DNA from: Carcharhinus amblyrhynchos
Lineage: Eukaryota
Reading direction: 5' to 3'
DNA: 64,000 nucleotides
Assembly: GCA_965287045.1 (NCBI GenBank)
Contig: OZ336871.1
Coordinates: forward strand, 62,248,001 to 62,312,000
Below, one piece after another: positions 26,560-38,898 of the stretch; within the stretch, counting starts at the first letter, position 1; every line of letters begins with the position of its first letter. A program made the position numbers and the translations under genes. Under the pieces are notes generated by a model. It had not been told where the DNA came from. It ran no database searches and was given only the letters and a program-made list of their open reading frames with translations.

Positions 26560-29500
26560 CGATAGGATCACCCTGGCTGGAGAGAAGCAATAAAACAGAT
26601 ACAATAACATTCATCGCTGTAATCTTTAGACCAGTAAATAGTAGAAGGGTGTAGAGAATCAAATTTGCAAAAACTACAGAGTGGTGCGAGAACTATGGAG
26701 TAATTATAATGGGGAAATTCAATTATCCAAATATAGATTAGGATAGGAATAGCGCAAAGGGACAAGAAGGATGAGAGTCCGTAGAATATGTTCAAGATAA
26801 CTTTCTGCAACTGTATGTTTCTGGTTCAAAAAGGGCGTGCACTGTTGGACCTAGTTCTGGGGAATTAGTTGGCCCAAAAAGATCAAGGATGCGATCTTAC
26901 CGGCTTGCCATGCCGGCGGTGCCAAGACGGCTGGGGGAGTGGCGTCTAAGGAAGTGGAGCCTGAGCAGGGGTGGAGTCTGACTGGGGGACGAAGCAGGGT
27001 GGGAGCGCAGCTCCATAGGCAGAGAGGGAAGGGGGAATCTTTGTGGGGGGTGCTGAAAATTCATGTTACTAATCTTGCTGAAAAAAAGGAGAGAAAACCC
27101 AGGGGAAAGATTAGGACAAATACATCCAGAGCTCCCTGGATGATGAGAGAGAGAGAGAGAGAGATGAAGATGAAGGGGAAGAAGTCATGTATCACAGACT
27201 TCAGCAGAAAACTCATGGAGAATCAGGCTGAATAAAGAAAGACCAGAGGGAAAGTTAAAAAAAACTAACAAGAAAAACAAAGCGAGAGCATGAAAAAAAT
27301 TGGCATTTAACATAAAAGGGAATCTCGAAGTGTTCTGTAAGTATATAAATAATAAGAATGGTAAAAGAGAGAGTAGGGCTGATTAGGATGTAAAAGTGAC
27401 TTGCACGTGGAGACAGGAGAAAAAGCAAAGGTAGTAAATGAGTACTTTGTATCTGCCTTTACAAAAGAAGAAGATGCTACTCAGATTGAAGTGAGAGGGA
27501 AGGTAACGGCACACTTGAAGAATTTACCAACGAGAAGGAGGAGGTGTTAGAAAGACTAAATTTACCTAAAATGGATAAGTACCAGGACCAGATGGGATGC
27601 ATTCAGAATACTGAGGGAAGTGAGATTGGAAATTGCAGAAGCACAATTGATAATCTTCCAATCTTCCTTAGACACAGGGGTGGTATCAGAGGACAGGACA
27701 ATGCTAATGCTAAATCCTTGCTCAAATAAATGTGAGGATAAATGTGGCTACAGCTACAACCAATCAGTTTGACTTCAGTGGTAGGCAAACTTCTAGAAAC
27801 TATGGGCGGAATTGTCCCAGAAATCGGCAATGCCTGGTGCTTAGAGGTGAAAAGGGGCATTGGATCTGTTGATGCCAGCGGCAGGTTTTTCTGCAATATT
27901 GTGCAACACTTAGTACAAAAAATGACCAACATGGGTTTAACATCTGATCACTGGCAGGGCAGTCTCTGATTTGCACACTCTGCAATGATGTTAGAGCTTC
28001 AATAATCCAGACAGTAAATTTGAAGGGCACCCATGTACACTGCTAGCACTCTTCAAGGAATGGGGAATCTCCCAGAGAGTCCTGGCCATGAAATGGATGC
28101 CCATTCTTCAATTTGTTTGATACCTGACAAAAAAAGTCACATCACAGGTCAGAATGGTAGCATCTTCTGCCACTCAATAGCATCCTTTGCTCTCAGCTCA
28201 AGTGCAGGCATTGGCATAACTTGCACACCCAGAATGAGTGGTTTGCTTGGACCATGGGGGTTAATGTCCCATGAGTGTATAACTTTAACAGCGGGTGTTT
28301 GGAGCGTCACCCTCAGTGACTGATCCATGCCCACCTGAGCCACAGGATTCTCAAACTTGTCCAGCCACCCATTTGTTCTGCAGAGCCCCATAATATTGGA
28401 TGGATTTTGAAGTCTGCATGTGAGGGGTTAACACAGCAGGAGCAATTGTCAGGAATTAATGTTCCTCATATGAGCATAATTGCTTCAGAAGCAGATTCCA
28501 AGAATGGCAATATGCTCATTTTAAATTGTGTCAGCTGCTGAATGCTCAATCTTGAAATGCTTTGTCAATTGCATGTCCCAGTGCCTCCCCAACCCTACAT
28601 CTGCCCTTGCCCTGATACTACAAACCAGTCATGAAGAAACTGCTGTGGAGACTTACCTCTAAGCCCCCTCACCACCCTGGATCTGCAGAGCCACTTCCTT
28701 GCATTGGGATCCTCATGAATGCTGCACTAAGTTCTGTGCACCCAACTCAGAGTTTCCCTCAAAACTTAGGCCACCAGTACATATCTTATAATGACAGTTG
28801 TGAATACACTGTTCTGAAAGTACGCTACCATGAGGTTTAAATTTGATATAGAGGAAATGATTTCATCGTATGGCTATTATAATGAGATGCCAATTCATTT
28901 TAACTATGTTCCTCACATTAGATGTTGGAATACATAACTCACCATTGCTGGGAGGAAGAGACAATTGTGTCCTGCTTTTCCACCACTGGGAAATGTGTCT
29001 AGGCCTTCTCTCAATATTTTCCAGTTGTGCCTCCAAACACACCCAGTGTGAATGGGAGCAGTCAGTTCTAGCCTACATGTTGAGGCCACAATCAATAGTT
29101 ACTTCAACAAGTTCAGGAGAATTAAGGAAAGCCAGTAAGGATTCATTAAGGAAACATCATGTTTAACTAACTTGCTGGAGTTTTTTTGAGAAGGTAACAG
29201 AGAAGATTGATAAGGGCAATACTGTTGATGTGGTATATATGGATTTTGAAAAGGTTTTTGATACAGTGCCACACAATAGGCTTGTGAGCAAAATTTTAGG
29301 TCATGGGATAAAAGGGAAAGTAAGCACTTGGTAAGAAATTGGCTGACTGACAAGATACAGAGAGTTGTGATAAATGGTTATTTTTCAGATTGTAACAAAG
29401 TTTGTACTAGTGTTCCCCAAGGGTCAGTATTGGGACCTTGCTCGTCCTGATGCACGTTAATACATTGAACTGTAGTGTTCATGGCATGATTTCAAAATAT

Positions 29501-30060
29501 GTAGATGATATGATATAATATTGAATTTGTACGATACACTAGTTAGGTCTCACCTGTAGAATTATGTCCAGTTCTGGAGGCCAAACTCGAGAAAGGATGT
29601 GAGGGCATTGGAGAGGATTCAGAGAAGATTCACAAAATCCCAGGGATAAAGATGAACTGGAGCTGTGAGCATAGATTGGCAAGATTGGGACTGCTTTCCT
29701 TGAAGAAGACTTAGAGGAGACTTGATAGAGATATTCAAGATCCTGGGGGCTATGAACAAGGTAAATTATGAGAAACCTCACAGCATCAAGAGCCAGAGAG
29801 CACAGATTCACAATAATTGACAATAGGTTTAAAAGTGATACAAGGAACTTTTTTTTAAACCAAGGGTGGTTGGAGTCTGGAATTAACTTTTTGAGAGGGA
29901 GTGCAGGAGGTATTCAAAAGGTAATTGGATTGACTTCTGAAAAGAAAAAAAAGTACGCAAGGATAATAGGGATAAGACAGGGTAGGGGACAAGATAGAAT
30001 GCTCTTTTCAAGAGCCAGTGCAGACTTAATGCGCTGAATAGCTTCCTCCCTTTGCACTGT
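26560..30060 (+). mobile_element. Old degenerate CR1 LINE (endonuclease to 3' UTR) with nested insertions
   Basis: Decayed motifs appear in order: IMGKFNYPNID, LLDLVLGN, YQPISLTSVVGKLLE, YMDFEKVFDTVPH, SVPQGSVLGP, then the 3' UTR. Foreign GC-rich inserts lie at about 26888-27060 and 27804-29085. Confidence 0.85.
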
Positions 30061-30239
30061 AAAGATTAGCACAAACATCTGAGACACGCAGTATGATTTT
30101 TCATTGCTTGCTGCCAGCCTAAGGTACCTCTCAGATCTTTCAGTCAGTGCTTCTGTTCATTGCAGATTGAAGAATTCTCACTAAGGCATAAGAAGTTAGA
30201 ATAATTAATTCAGTGTGAAGTTCATGGTATCATGAAACT

Positions 30240-30780
30240 TCACCGTGTCACCTCATCTGCTGTTGGCATCTTCATCCATGCCTTTGTCACTTCGAAATGT
30301 GACCATTCCGGCACTCCTTTCTCTGGTCTCCCATCTTTTACCCTCCATAAACTTGAGATTATCCAAAACTGAGCTGGCATATCCTTACTTGCGTCAAATC
30401 CTATCCATTCACCATCCCTGTACTCACTAGTGTATATTGGTTCTGGTTGTTGCACATCCAATTTTAAAATAGGCATGATTGTTTTCCGATACCTCCATGA
30501 CCTTGCTCTTTCCTACCACCATGAGCTTCAACAGTCTGACAATCCTCTGAGATCTCGTTGCATCCCATGGTGGTTTACTGCAGAAGTGTTTTCAGCTGGC
30601 TGGACCATAAATTCTGCAATTCTCTCTCAACCTATCGACTTCCCCACCTCAATCTCCTCCTTTAAAAGTGATCCTTATAATCTATCAAGCACCTGTCCTC
30701 ATATCTCCCAAATTTTGTTTGCAAACTCTCCTGTGACAAACATTAGGAATCTTCTGACATTAAAGCTACTATATAAAAGG
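30240..30780 (+). mobile_element. L2 LINE 3' fragment
   Basis: catccatgcctttgtcacttc encodes IHAFVTS, followed by the L2-type IHHPCTH/FKIGMIVF region. Confidence 0.65.
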
Positions 30781-30791
30781 GAGGAACTACT

Positions 30792-30874
30792 GTTAGTATT
30801 AAATTCCAGTTGGCAGTCCTTATCTAAGCAGGTTAGTATTAAATTCCAGTTGGCAGTCCTTATCTAAGCAGGTT
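30792..30874 (+). repeat. Perfect 40-bp tandem duplication
   Basis: gttagtattaaattccagttggcagtccttatctaagcag occurs twice, followed by gtt. Confidence 0.95.
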
Positions 30875-31279
30875 TTTCCATTTTGCCCTAACTCTTGGTA
30901 ACTGTGTCTCACCAGACTCCCATTGAGACTCACAAGTTCAATTGAGCAAACTTGCAGCTGACAAGTTCACCACTGCTTAAATGGTGAATATGAGTCAAGA
31001 ATATTTTAAGAAAAATGAAAAAAGTGAGTGAAATGCACAGTCATGACACCTCCCATGAGCTCATTTGTTGTATAAGACACAAAGCAGCAATCACTCAGAA
31101 GAGATTGGTTAAACACATTGTGGGGTAATATATTAAGAGTGGGTGCACAAGAACTGTCTTCCATTGTTTCAAACATTGGAGCATGAGGGCTGTGTTTGCT
31201 CTGCTGCTTTAAGTGAAACTAAAACTGGAATACACAGTACATATATTATTTCCCTCCTAGTGATGTATACAGAGATATA

Positions 31280-32440
31280 GGGCTCGACTTTATCAACAAT
31301 TTGCGCCTGTTTTGGGCACGAAATTGTGGTAAAATTGGGTGTGAGGCCTTTATCACGATCTGCACCTGAGTCCAAGCAGATTGCGACTTTACTGAGACCA
31401 CGAATGCCACGGATCCGTTCTGTGCCCAAATCAGGCGCAACGATTTGAATGCATTTAAATTGAATTAATGAACTGCCTGCCCAACTCTATCAGCATTTCC
31501 CCCCCTACCGCCGTATTCGCTGATCCGGGACTGCACCGTTACGGACCTGCTAAATAGAAGTCTGAGTTGGGTGCTCCGGCCTCTGAAGAGCACCTTCATT
31601 GTTTCCAACAGCTCTCTGACTCAGATCAATGGTGGTTGTGGGAGTGGAAGCGAGTCAGATCATTCTCTGGTTGGAGGGGGGAGAAGGGGAGTGAGGTCAG
31701 ATCACTGTCTGGTGGGGGGAGGGGGAGGGGAGTGAGGTCAGATGGATCTCTGATGAGGGGGGAGGAGGAGGAAGGCGGGTCAGATGGATCTCTGGTGGGG
31801 CGGGAAGGAGGAGGGAGGTGAGTCAGATGGATCTCTGGATGGGGGGGGTTGCTGCAGGGAGGCCCGCTGCCACTCTGCAGGCGATCGGTGGAGGGGGGCA
31901 GGGCTGGTGATCAGTCTGAGTAGTGGGGGTGGATAAGGGGGGCAGTGATGTGTGTGTGTGTGTCCCTTATCCTCCACTCCACTACCCACACACATCACTG
32001 ACCCCCTTATCCACACCCCCACTACCCAGACCAATCACCACCCCTGCCCCCCTCCCCACCCCGCCCCAACACCGATCACCCACAGAGTGGCAGCGGACCT
32101 CCCTGCCTTCCCCCACCAGAGATCCATCTGCTCCCCCCCACCGAGATACTTCTTACCCACTCCCCCCCCGCTCGCTCCCACTTTTCGCTTCCGGGCCACT
32201 TTCTCTGCTTTCTGCGGCTTAGGAGTTATCCGACACAGGCGTGCTTTTTCCAATTCTTTTCTAACTGCGCATGCGCAGTTCAGGGCTCCGATCGTTCCGG
32301 CAGCTTTAAGCCCAGCCCACAACACAAATCGAACTGGAGATGGCTGAGAGCGTATGGGGGCGCCTGAAAGCGGATTTCTGAATCGGATTTGTACTATGCC
32401 CAGATTCGGCACTATGAATCAAAATGGTAAAATTGGGCCC
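31280..32440 (-). mobile_element. Non-autonomous Harbinger-type element, copy 2 (inverted relative to 16589-18119)
   Basis: TIRs are gggctcgacttta and taaaattgggccc, flanked by ata and cta. Blocks such as gatcggagc.ctgaactgcgcatg.gcagttagaaaa and tcagagagc.gttgga are shared with copy 1. Confidence 0.85.
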
Positions 32441-33317
32441 CTAGTCACACAGTTAGAGGCATACTGCAAAGTTTCCCTTTTTAAAGATACCCAACCCTTC
32501 CAGAGAAATATAATTATTTATAATATATATTCATGTTAACTTACTAATAAATATTTGCATTGAACTGATGTATCAATGCGTCTTCAGAGTGTAAAGGCAT
32601 TCTGCTTATACGTGTAGACTTATGATGGTACTCTTGCCTGGACATCACTTTATTTTCTCACAGTGAGTCTTATTCTTGGACATGGCTGCTGGTTGGTATT
32701 CTACTTCTCATGCATATCCTGAAATAGCTTACCAACAGATTGCTGACCATTATCTGTAATGATCTCACTAGATATGCCCAATAAACTGAAAATAGAATTT
32801 AGAGTGTGCACAATTGTCAAATAATGGGGATACTAAGAAAGGAATCAAAGATGAAGATGAAGTCATGTCAGTGGACATGAAAGTGGTTAGAAGTGCTTTT
32901 ATCCCAAGGATGGGTGGCAGTCATGTGTGGAATAATGGTCTACATCGATTCTAATTTGTCATATTCTCTTGACATGTGTCACATTTCCTGATGATGACTT
33001 CAATGTCACTAATCATACCCAGCCAATAGACTGTCTCTTTTGTGAGCCTTTCCTTCCAAGTTATGTTGATGAGTGGCAATGAAGTTGTTGAAGAATATCA
33101 GGTCACAAAAGGTATGATGACCTGCCTGCCTTGTGATATCTGACTTTGGTTTCCATGGTGCAGAATATTTGTGACACCCACGAAGATTATTTGTACTTTT
33201 ACTCCAGCACCATGGATTTTGCCCATGGAATTAGTGAATCATTGAATGCTGAAAGTTTCACAGTAGTAGGTTTCACCATGGCCTTTTGTGTCTGTGGGTA
33301 CTTGTGTTATAGGATTT

Positions 33318-33602
33318 AAAAGTAAAGTTTATTTATTAGTCACAAGTAAAGCTTACATTAACACTGCAATGAAGTTACTGTGAAATTCCCTGGTCACCAA
33401 ACTCTGGCGCCTGTTGAGGTCAATGCGCCTAACCAGCACATCTTTCAGACTGTGGGAGGAAACCAGAGTACCTGGAAGAAACCCATGCAGAAATGGGGAG
33501 AATGTGCAGACTCCACATAGATAGTGACCTAAGCTGGGAATCAAATCCGGATCCCTGGCGCTGTGAGGCACCAGTGCTAACCACTGTGCCACCATGCTGC
33601 CC
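33318..33602 (-). mobile_element. V-SINE with alternative tail
   Basis: It is nearly colinear with 21197-21468. Confidence 0.85.
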
Positions 33603-34285
33603 TGTACAGAGGTAGTATGTTGGCACTTGCCCCTGTGTCCGTCTTGACCAATAATGAACTGTTACCAACTTTAGTAGGACATATGATTTTAATCTTCGCA
33701 AACATTTCTGGTAGTGTGATGGCATCTATGTGTTACACAAAATTAACAGTATGAAACGTGTAGTCTCTGCTCTTTGCCTTGTTGTGCACATCATCATGGT
33801 TTTCTGGTTTTTCAGTCACCTCATGTGTACATTTCTGAAGCGATACGAGATGGTCATTCTTATTGGTTGTAGATATCACTTGTGTACAGTCTGTTTGGAT
33901 CAGTGCACAGCACTCTGTAGCTCCATCAGTCTTTGATATGATGCAGGATTTCCTAAACTTTTCTAGCCACAGAACTGTTTTGACTTCCCAAAAGTACTGA
34001 CCGAATCCCTGAGAAACCTTCTTATGTTGAAGAGCTAAACCACTAAAAAATTGTTTGGTACAAACATACAAAAACAAATTTATAAACAAATTTTCTATTT
34101 CTTTGATGTATACATTTATTATGATTACAAAGTTCTCTTATTCGACGAATACTTAAGCCATACCTTTTGTTAGTTTTAATGGGAGCAGTGATGCTTTTCC
34201 TTTTGCTCACATATTTGTTTAATAGTAAGTGTGTTGCTGGAGAGCTGGATTCTCATATCAGACATGCACACATCTCTCTCCCTCT

Positions 34286-34530
34286 CAGTAAGATGTCTCA
34301 TAACACCAGGTTAAAGCCCAACAGGTTTATTTGGAATCACGAACCTTTGGAGTGCTGCTTCTTCTTCAGGGAATGGAGAGGTAGGTTGACAAATACCTCT
34401 CCACTCACCTGATGAAAGAGCAGCGCTCCAAAGGTTCGTGATTCCAAATAAACCTGTTGGACTTTAACTTGATATTGTGAGACTTATTACTGTGCCTGGC
34501 CCAGTCCAACACCAGTATTTCCGCTTCATG
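34286..34530. mobile_element. Penelope-like-element-derived inverted repeat with decayed hammerhead motif
   Basis: Arms 34286-34383 and 34394-34492 are complementary. The right arm reads tcacCTGATGAaagagcagcgctccaaag..gtga then aataaacctgttggactttaac, homologous to 46720-46810. Confidence 0.8.
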
Positions 34531-34770
34531 GCCTCTCTCTCATGTACACACTCACACTCCCAACTTTCTCACTCACAGTCACATTCTCCCCTCTCTCACA
34601 CACACTCACTCTGCACTAATCTCTCTCTCACAAACATACTTTTGTCTCTCTCTATCACCTACATACTCTCTTGTCTCTCTCTCTCTTAGACATATACTCT
34701 CACTTCTCTGATACACTCCCACCTCTTTCTCTCACACACACACTCACATTCTTAACCCTCTCTCCATTTC
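34531..34770. repeat. CT/CA-rich low-complexity tract
   Basis: Degenerate (CT)n and (CA)n runs. Confidence 0.8.
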
Positions 34771-36348
34771 TCTGAGGCGGCTGCCCCTTCTGCCCTCCGA
34801 GGCAGCTTCCCTTCCCATTCTCCGAGGCTGCATCCTATGTTGCTTTGCCATCCAGTTGCCTTCACTCTTAGCCTTACCTCGCATTTTCAATACTGACTTT
34901 CTGCTCTTTCCTGCTCTTCCAATCAGAGGCCATCTTCTCTGTACATTGACTGCTAATAGGCTCACTAGTGCAGCTAGCAGTAGCCAATACAGTGTGAAAA
35001 TGCTTTTAATGGGACAAACAGAAAGGACAGTCTTTTTCAAGTTAAAAATGACTCAACATACTGCGAACCCTTGGTGTTCTCCTACAGAATGCCAGGATTT
35101 CACAGAACCCAGCTTGGGATGCACTTCTCCAGTGTGCTGCCACTGCCAATAGTCCTTTCACCACATGCCATGTAGAAATGATGGAATGTTGGCATTACCT
35201 CGGTGAGTGTAGGCGTCCTCACCTGGCATTGTGTTGTCAGGTTTGGATGTACCAGTGCATGTGTCAACAGTCAGATGTACATTCGACTGGTAAGCATTTT
35301 CGAGTCATGATGATCACTTCACACTTATGTTGGCCTTTGAGTAGCTCTTCAATGCTATATGTTTGGGGCTTGTCTAGCAGATATTTTGGGAAAGCTACCA
35401 TAAGAATGGATGGGATCACCAACTCAACAATTCTGTCTGCTAGTCCTGCACCTGAACCTCAATAAGCAACCTTTCCTCTGCATTTGCTGATAAAATCATT
35501 TATGGATTCTTTAGGCTTTTGGCAATATAACATGAGCTGTAGGCGATGCAAATGGAAGTTTAACCTGATTCTGAACAAGTCTATATGTAGTCCATATCTT
35601 TTGGGGATTCTTTAGTTCTTATCCTGTTAATTCTAATGTTTTCAGCTTATGTAGACCGTCATTCCCTATTGCTAACTAGATTAATTTTTAAGGTGTTGTC
35701 TGTTTCAGACACGCCTGAATCATGAAATTAGGGCTCAGTACGCTGTTTAACATTTGGAATTCAATTTGTAGGTCAGCTGCATTTCCATGAAAACTGGGGA
35801 ATTTTGTAGACATTTTAACGATATCCCTTTGACCTTCCTTCTGCTGCTGTATCTGGGACGTGTGTCACTTTCGTTGCTCCCATGTGCTTTTTTCAAAGCT
35901 CCGTATATAAGACAAATTGTGATAGGAACACATGTCACAGTAATGGTGTTCTTGCTTTCTATTCAATTTATTTTGCAGAAACTCCCAATTCTGCCAGTAC
36001 CAATGGGCTTGTGGCTGCCAGCTGAAATCAGGGAGAGGCCTAACAGTGGAAAGTCAATTCAGGGCCTGGGGGTTGGGGGGGTTTGGTGGGGGGCGGGGGG
36101 GGTGCTTTCTGCAGCCATGGAGCTAAATTCCCAGGAACAGTCAAGTTAGGATGCCAACAGGAGTCAGATTAATATGACTACCTCACTAGATCCCCCTAAA
36201 TCTGCACTTCGCTCCAGTGCAATGCTTAAACTTTGACACCTTCCTTTTATTTGCAAGAATAAACAATAAACTCGTACTCCAAATCTATTACTTTGTGAAC
36301 AAAACTGGACAAGTTTGTCCTACTTATTTTTTAAGAAGAACTCAACAG

Positions 36349-36650
36349 TAGGGTAGCACAGTGGTTAGCACTGCTGCCTGAAAGCGCCAGGGACCGAGGT
36401 TCAATTCTCAGTTCGGATCACTGTGCAGAATTTGCACATTCTCCCCCATTTTGCATGTGTTTCCTCTGGGCACTCTGGTTTCCTCCCACAGTCCAATTAC
36501 ATGCTGATTAGGTGCATTGGTCATGCTAAATTCTCCCTCAGTATACCTAAACAGACACCAGAGTGTAACGACTAGGAGATTTTCCTAATAACTTCATTGC
36601 AGTGTTAATGTTAGCCTACTTGTGACACAAATAATTAAACTTTTGAACTT
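36349..36650 (+). mobile_element. V-SINE with alternative tail
   Basis: It runs gtagcacagtggttagcactgctgcc...ttcattgcagtgttaatgttagcctacttgtgacac...aaacttttgaactt. Confidence 0.85.
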
Positions 36651-37789
36651 TTTTTCCTTAGCCTCCAAATAGGTATTTCTTTGTTAATATTCAGAAACAC
36701 ATTTTGCTTTTTGAGCAAGACTTGGAGTAATGATCAAAGATGGAAATGACTGCTTTCTATCCATTTAGTTTATCTGTTTATTCACATCTACATTTTTGTT
36801 CAATTTATCCACAGAGCAAAAGATACTCCAGTGAGCTATAGCTCAAACCTATTCTCAATCATGGCTATTCACAAAGGGAATAGATTGCAAGCCAATGTGA
36901 ATCCCATAGCGAAAGCTTTGAATTAAGGAGCTTGATTAATTCAGAACTGTGTCATTATTGTGGTAAAATATGAAAAAGGAACCCTTTTTTGGATTATATT
37001 AGAACCTATTTCAGTTATCTGGCAATAGCTGATAGCTCAGGAAATGAGTATGTCATATTGGTCCTTTAGTTCATCAACAGAGAATTTTCTGTGAGGAGAG
37101 GCAGGTTATGATGAACTATAGAAATATTTGCATTTTCTGTTACTCTGAATCGCAGTCATACTTTCAAACTTTTAAGATTAAATGTATTCATTTTTCATTG
37201 TGAGACTCAAACTCAGCGTGGATTTGCTCTCCACTTTTTCGAGATTCAAAGCTAGGGCTGCCCCCCAGTCAGTTCACATGCCAAGACTTAGATTAACCGA
37301 AAATAAATTACTTGACTGGCTCAAAGCTGTGACTTTTAATTTATGGTTTAAACCTTTAAGAGACATGCTTGAGGCACTTGTGCAGTCAAATGTGAACCTT
37401 CTGCACCACAGCCCCAGACAAGTTCAAGGCAAAGAATTGGGGACGTTTTACTGTGAAATGATGTTGGAGTGACTATTCCAGACAATTTATGTTTCGCAAC
37501 TGCTGCAATTTTGCAAGGAATCGATATTAAGTGAAAGTTCATCTCATAAGAAAGTGTATTAATGATAGAAATGTGATGGGTTTTATACTAATACCCTTCA
37601 GTTCATAAGACAAGCCAAATTTGACTTAAAGTGTCACCTTTGTTTCTCCCTTCATAGATGCTGTCAAATTTGCTGGAGTTTTTCTTGCACCTTATTTATT
37701 TTCAGATTTCCAGCATCCATAGCATTTTGCTTTTATTTTAGTGTTTTTATGTTTTATTAGGTACAGGGTGAAAATAATGGAAGTGATTC

Positions 37790-38305
37790 CATATGAACGT
37801 GCAAATTAGGAGTAGGATCAAGCAATTCGGCACTTTGAGCTTTCTCCACCATTGAATGTGATCAGAGCTGATTTAATTTTAACCTCAACCTTACATTCCT
37901 GCCTACACCCAATAACCATTCACCCTTTGCTTGTCAAGAATCTACCTACTTTTGCCTTAAAGGTATTGAAAAACACTGTCTCAACCACCTTTTGAGAAAG
38001 GGAATTCTATAGTTCTACAACCCTCTGACCAAAATGAAATCCTCATCTCTGTTTTAAATGGATAACCCGTTATTTTCAAATAGCGGACCCTAATTCTAGA
38101 TTCTCTCACAAGAGGAAACATTCTTTCCAAATTCAGCCTGCAAGTCCCCTCAGGATCTTATATGTTTCAGTCAAGTTGCCTCTTAATTTTCTAAACTCCA
38201 GCGGATACAAGCTTAAGTTGCCCAACCTTTCCTCATAAGACGACCCACCCGTTCCAGGTATTAATCTAATAAACCTTCTTTGAGCTGCTTTCAATGCATT
38301 TACAT
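37790..38305 (-). mobile_element. CR1 LINE 3' fragment
   Basis: The reverse complement resembles the RLIPGT..SYEERL...LFPL..ESRIRG region followed by a CR1 3' UTR. Confidence 0.75.
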
Positions 38306-38865
38306 TTCAATAGAGGAGAATGCCTGGCACTGAGTAAAATGGACTATTCATTCACAATCAGCCCACTTTGCAGTACTGACATTTACCAATTTCTATTACC
38401 CGGTACCAACATGCAGTGACGCTCAGAAAAATAAGTAAAAACATACACTATTCAAAACAAATGTAACTAATGCAATTATGCAAAGTGACCTTAAGGCAGA
38501 ATTTTCCATATTGGATATTCATGCACAACCTGGCCTTCAGTGAAATAGATTAGAGTCATGTAAATGCAGAATTAATGAGTATGTTTGAACTGTTTTGCAA
38601 ATTAATAACTTTGCAATAGAAATTAAAAACTATGAGTCATTATGATCTTCCGGTGGCTGTTTTACATAGATGTCAGTTTCATTTTTTTGCTGATTAGGCT
38701 AGCTGCAGGCACAGTGTTTAAATAGAAAGCAGTTGTGGTTAGAGGACACTGTTACATGTGACTGACAAAGCTGGCACAGAATGCAGCTAAAATCACAAGC
38801 ACTGAACGACGCATTGCAGAAGCTTAGTGAGACTGAGGCAGTGAAATGACTTTTCAAGGTTTCAG

Positions 38866-38898
38866 TGCCAATGTCGTCCACGCATATTACTAATCTTT
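38866..38898 (+). CDS. Candidate 33-nt alternative exon (cassette, or coding end of an alternative first exon) of ZNF385D
   Basis: It reads tttcag|tgccaATGTCGTCCACGCATATTACTAATCTTT|gtaagt. It is phase 1 to phase 1 and stop-free in the ZNF385D frame (VPMSSTHITNL). No transcript evidence is available. Confidence 0.4.

Noticed and set aside
17479-37580. Shared 15-mer tagaaatgtgatggg at about 17479 and 37566 as the donor of the MITE insert
   Set aside because: The similarity does not extend, and an isolated 15-mer match is plausible by chance in 64 kb of AT-rich DNA.
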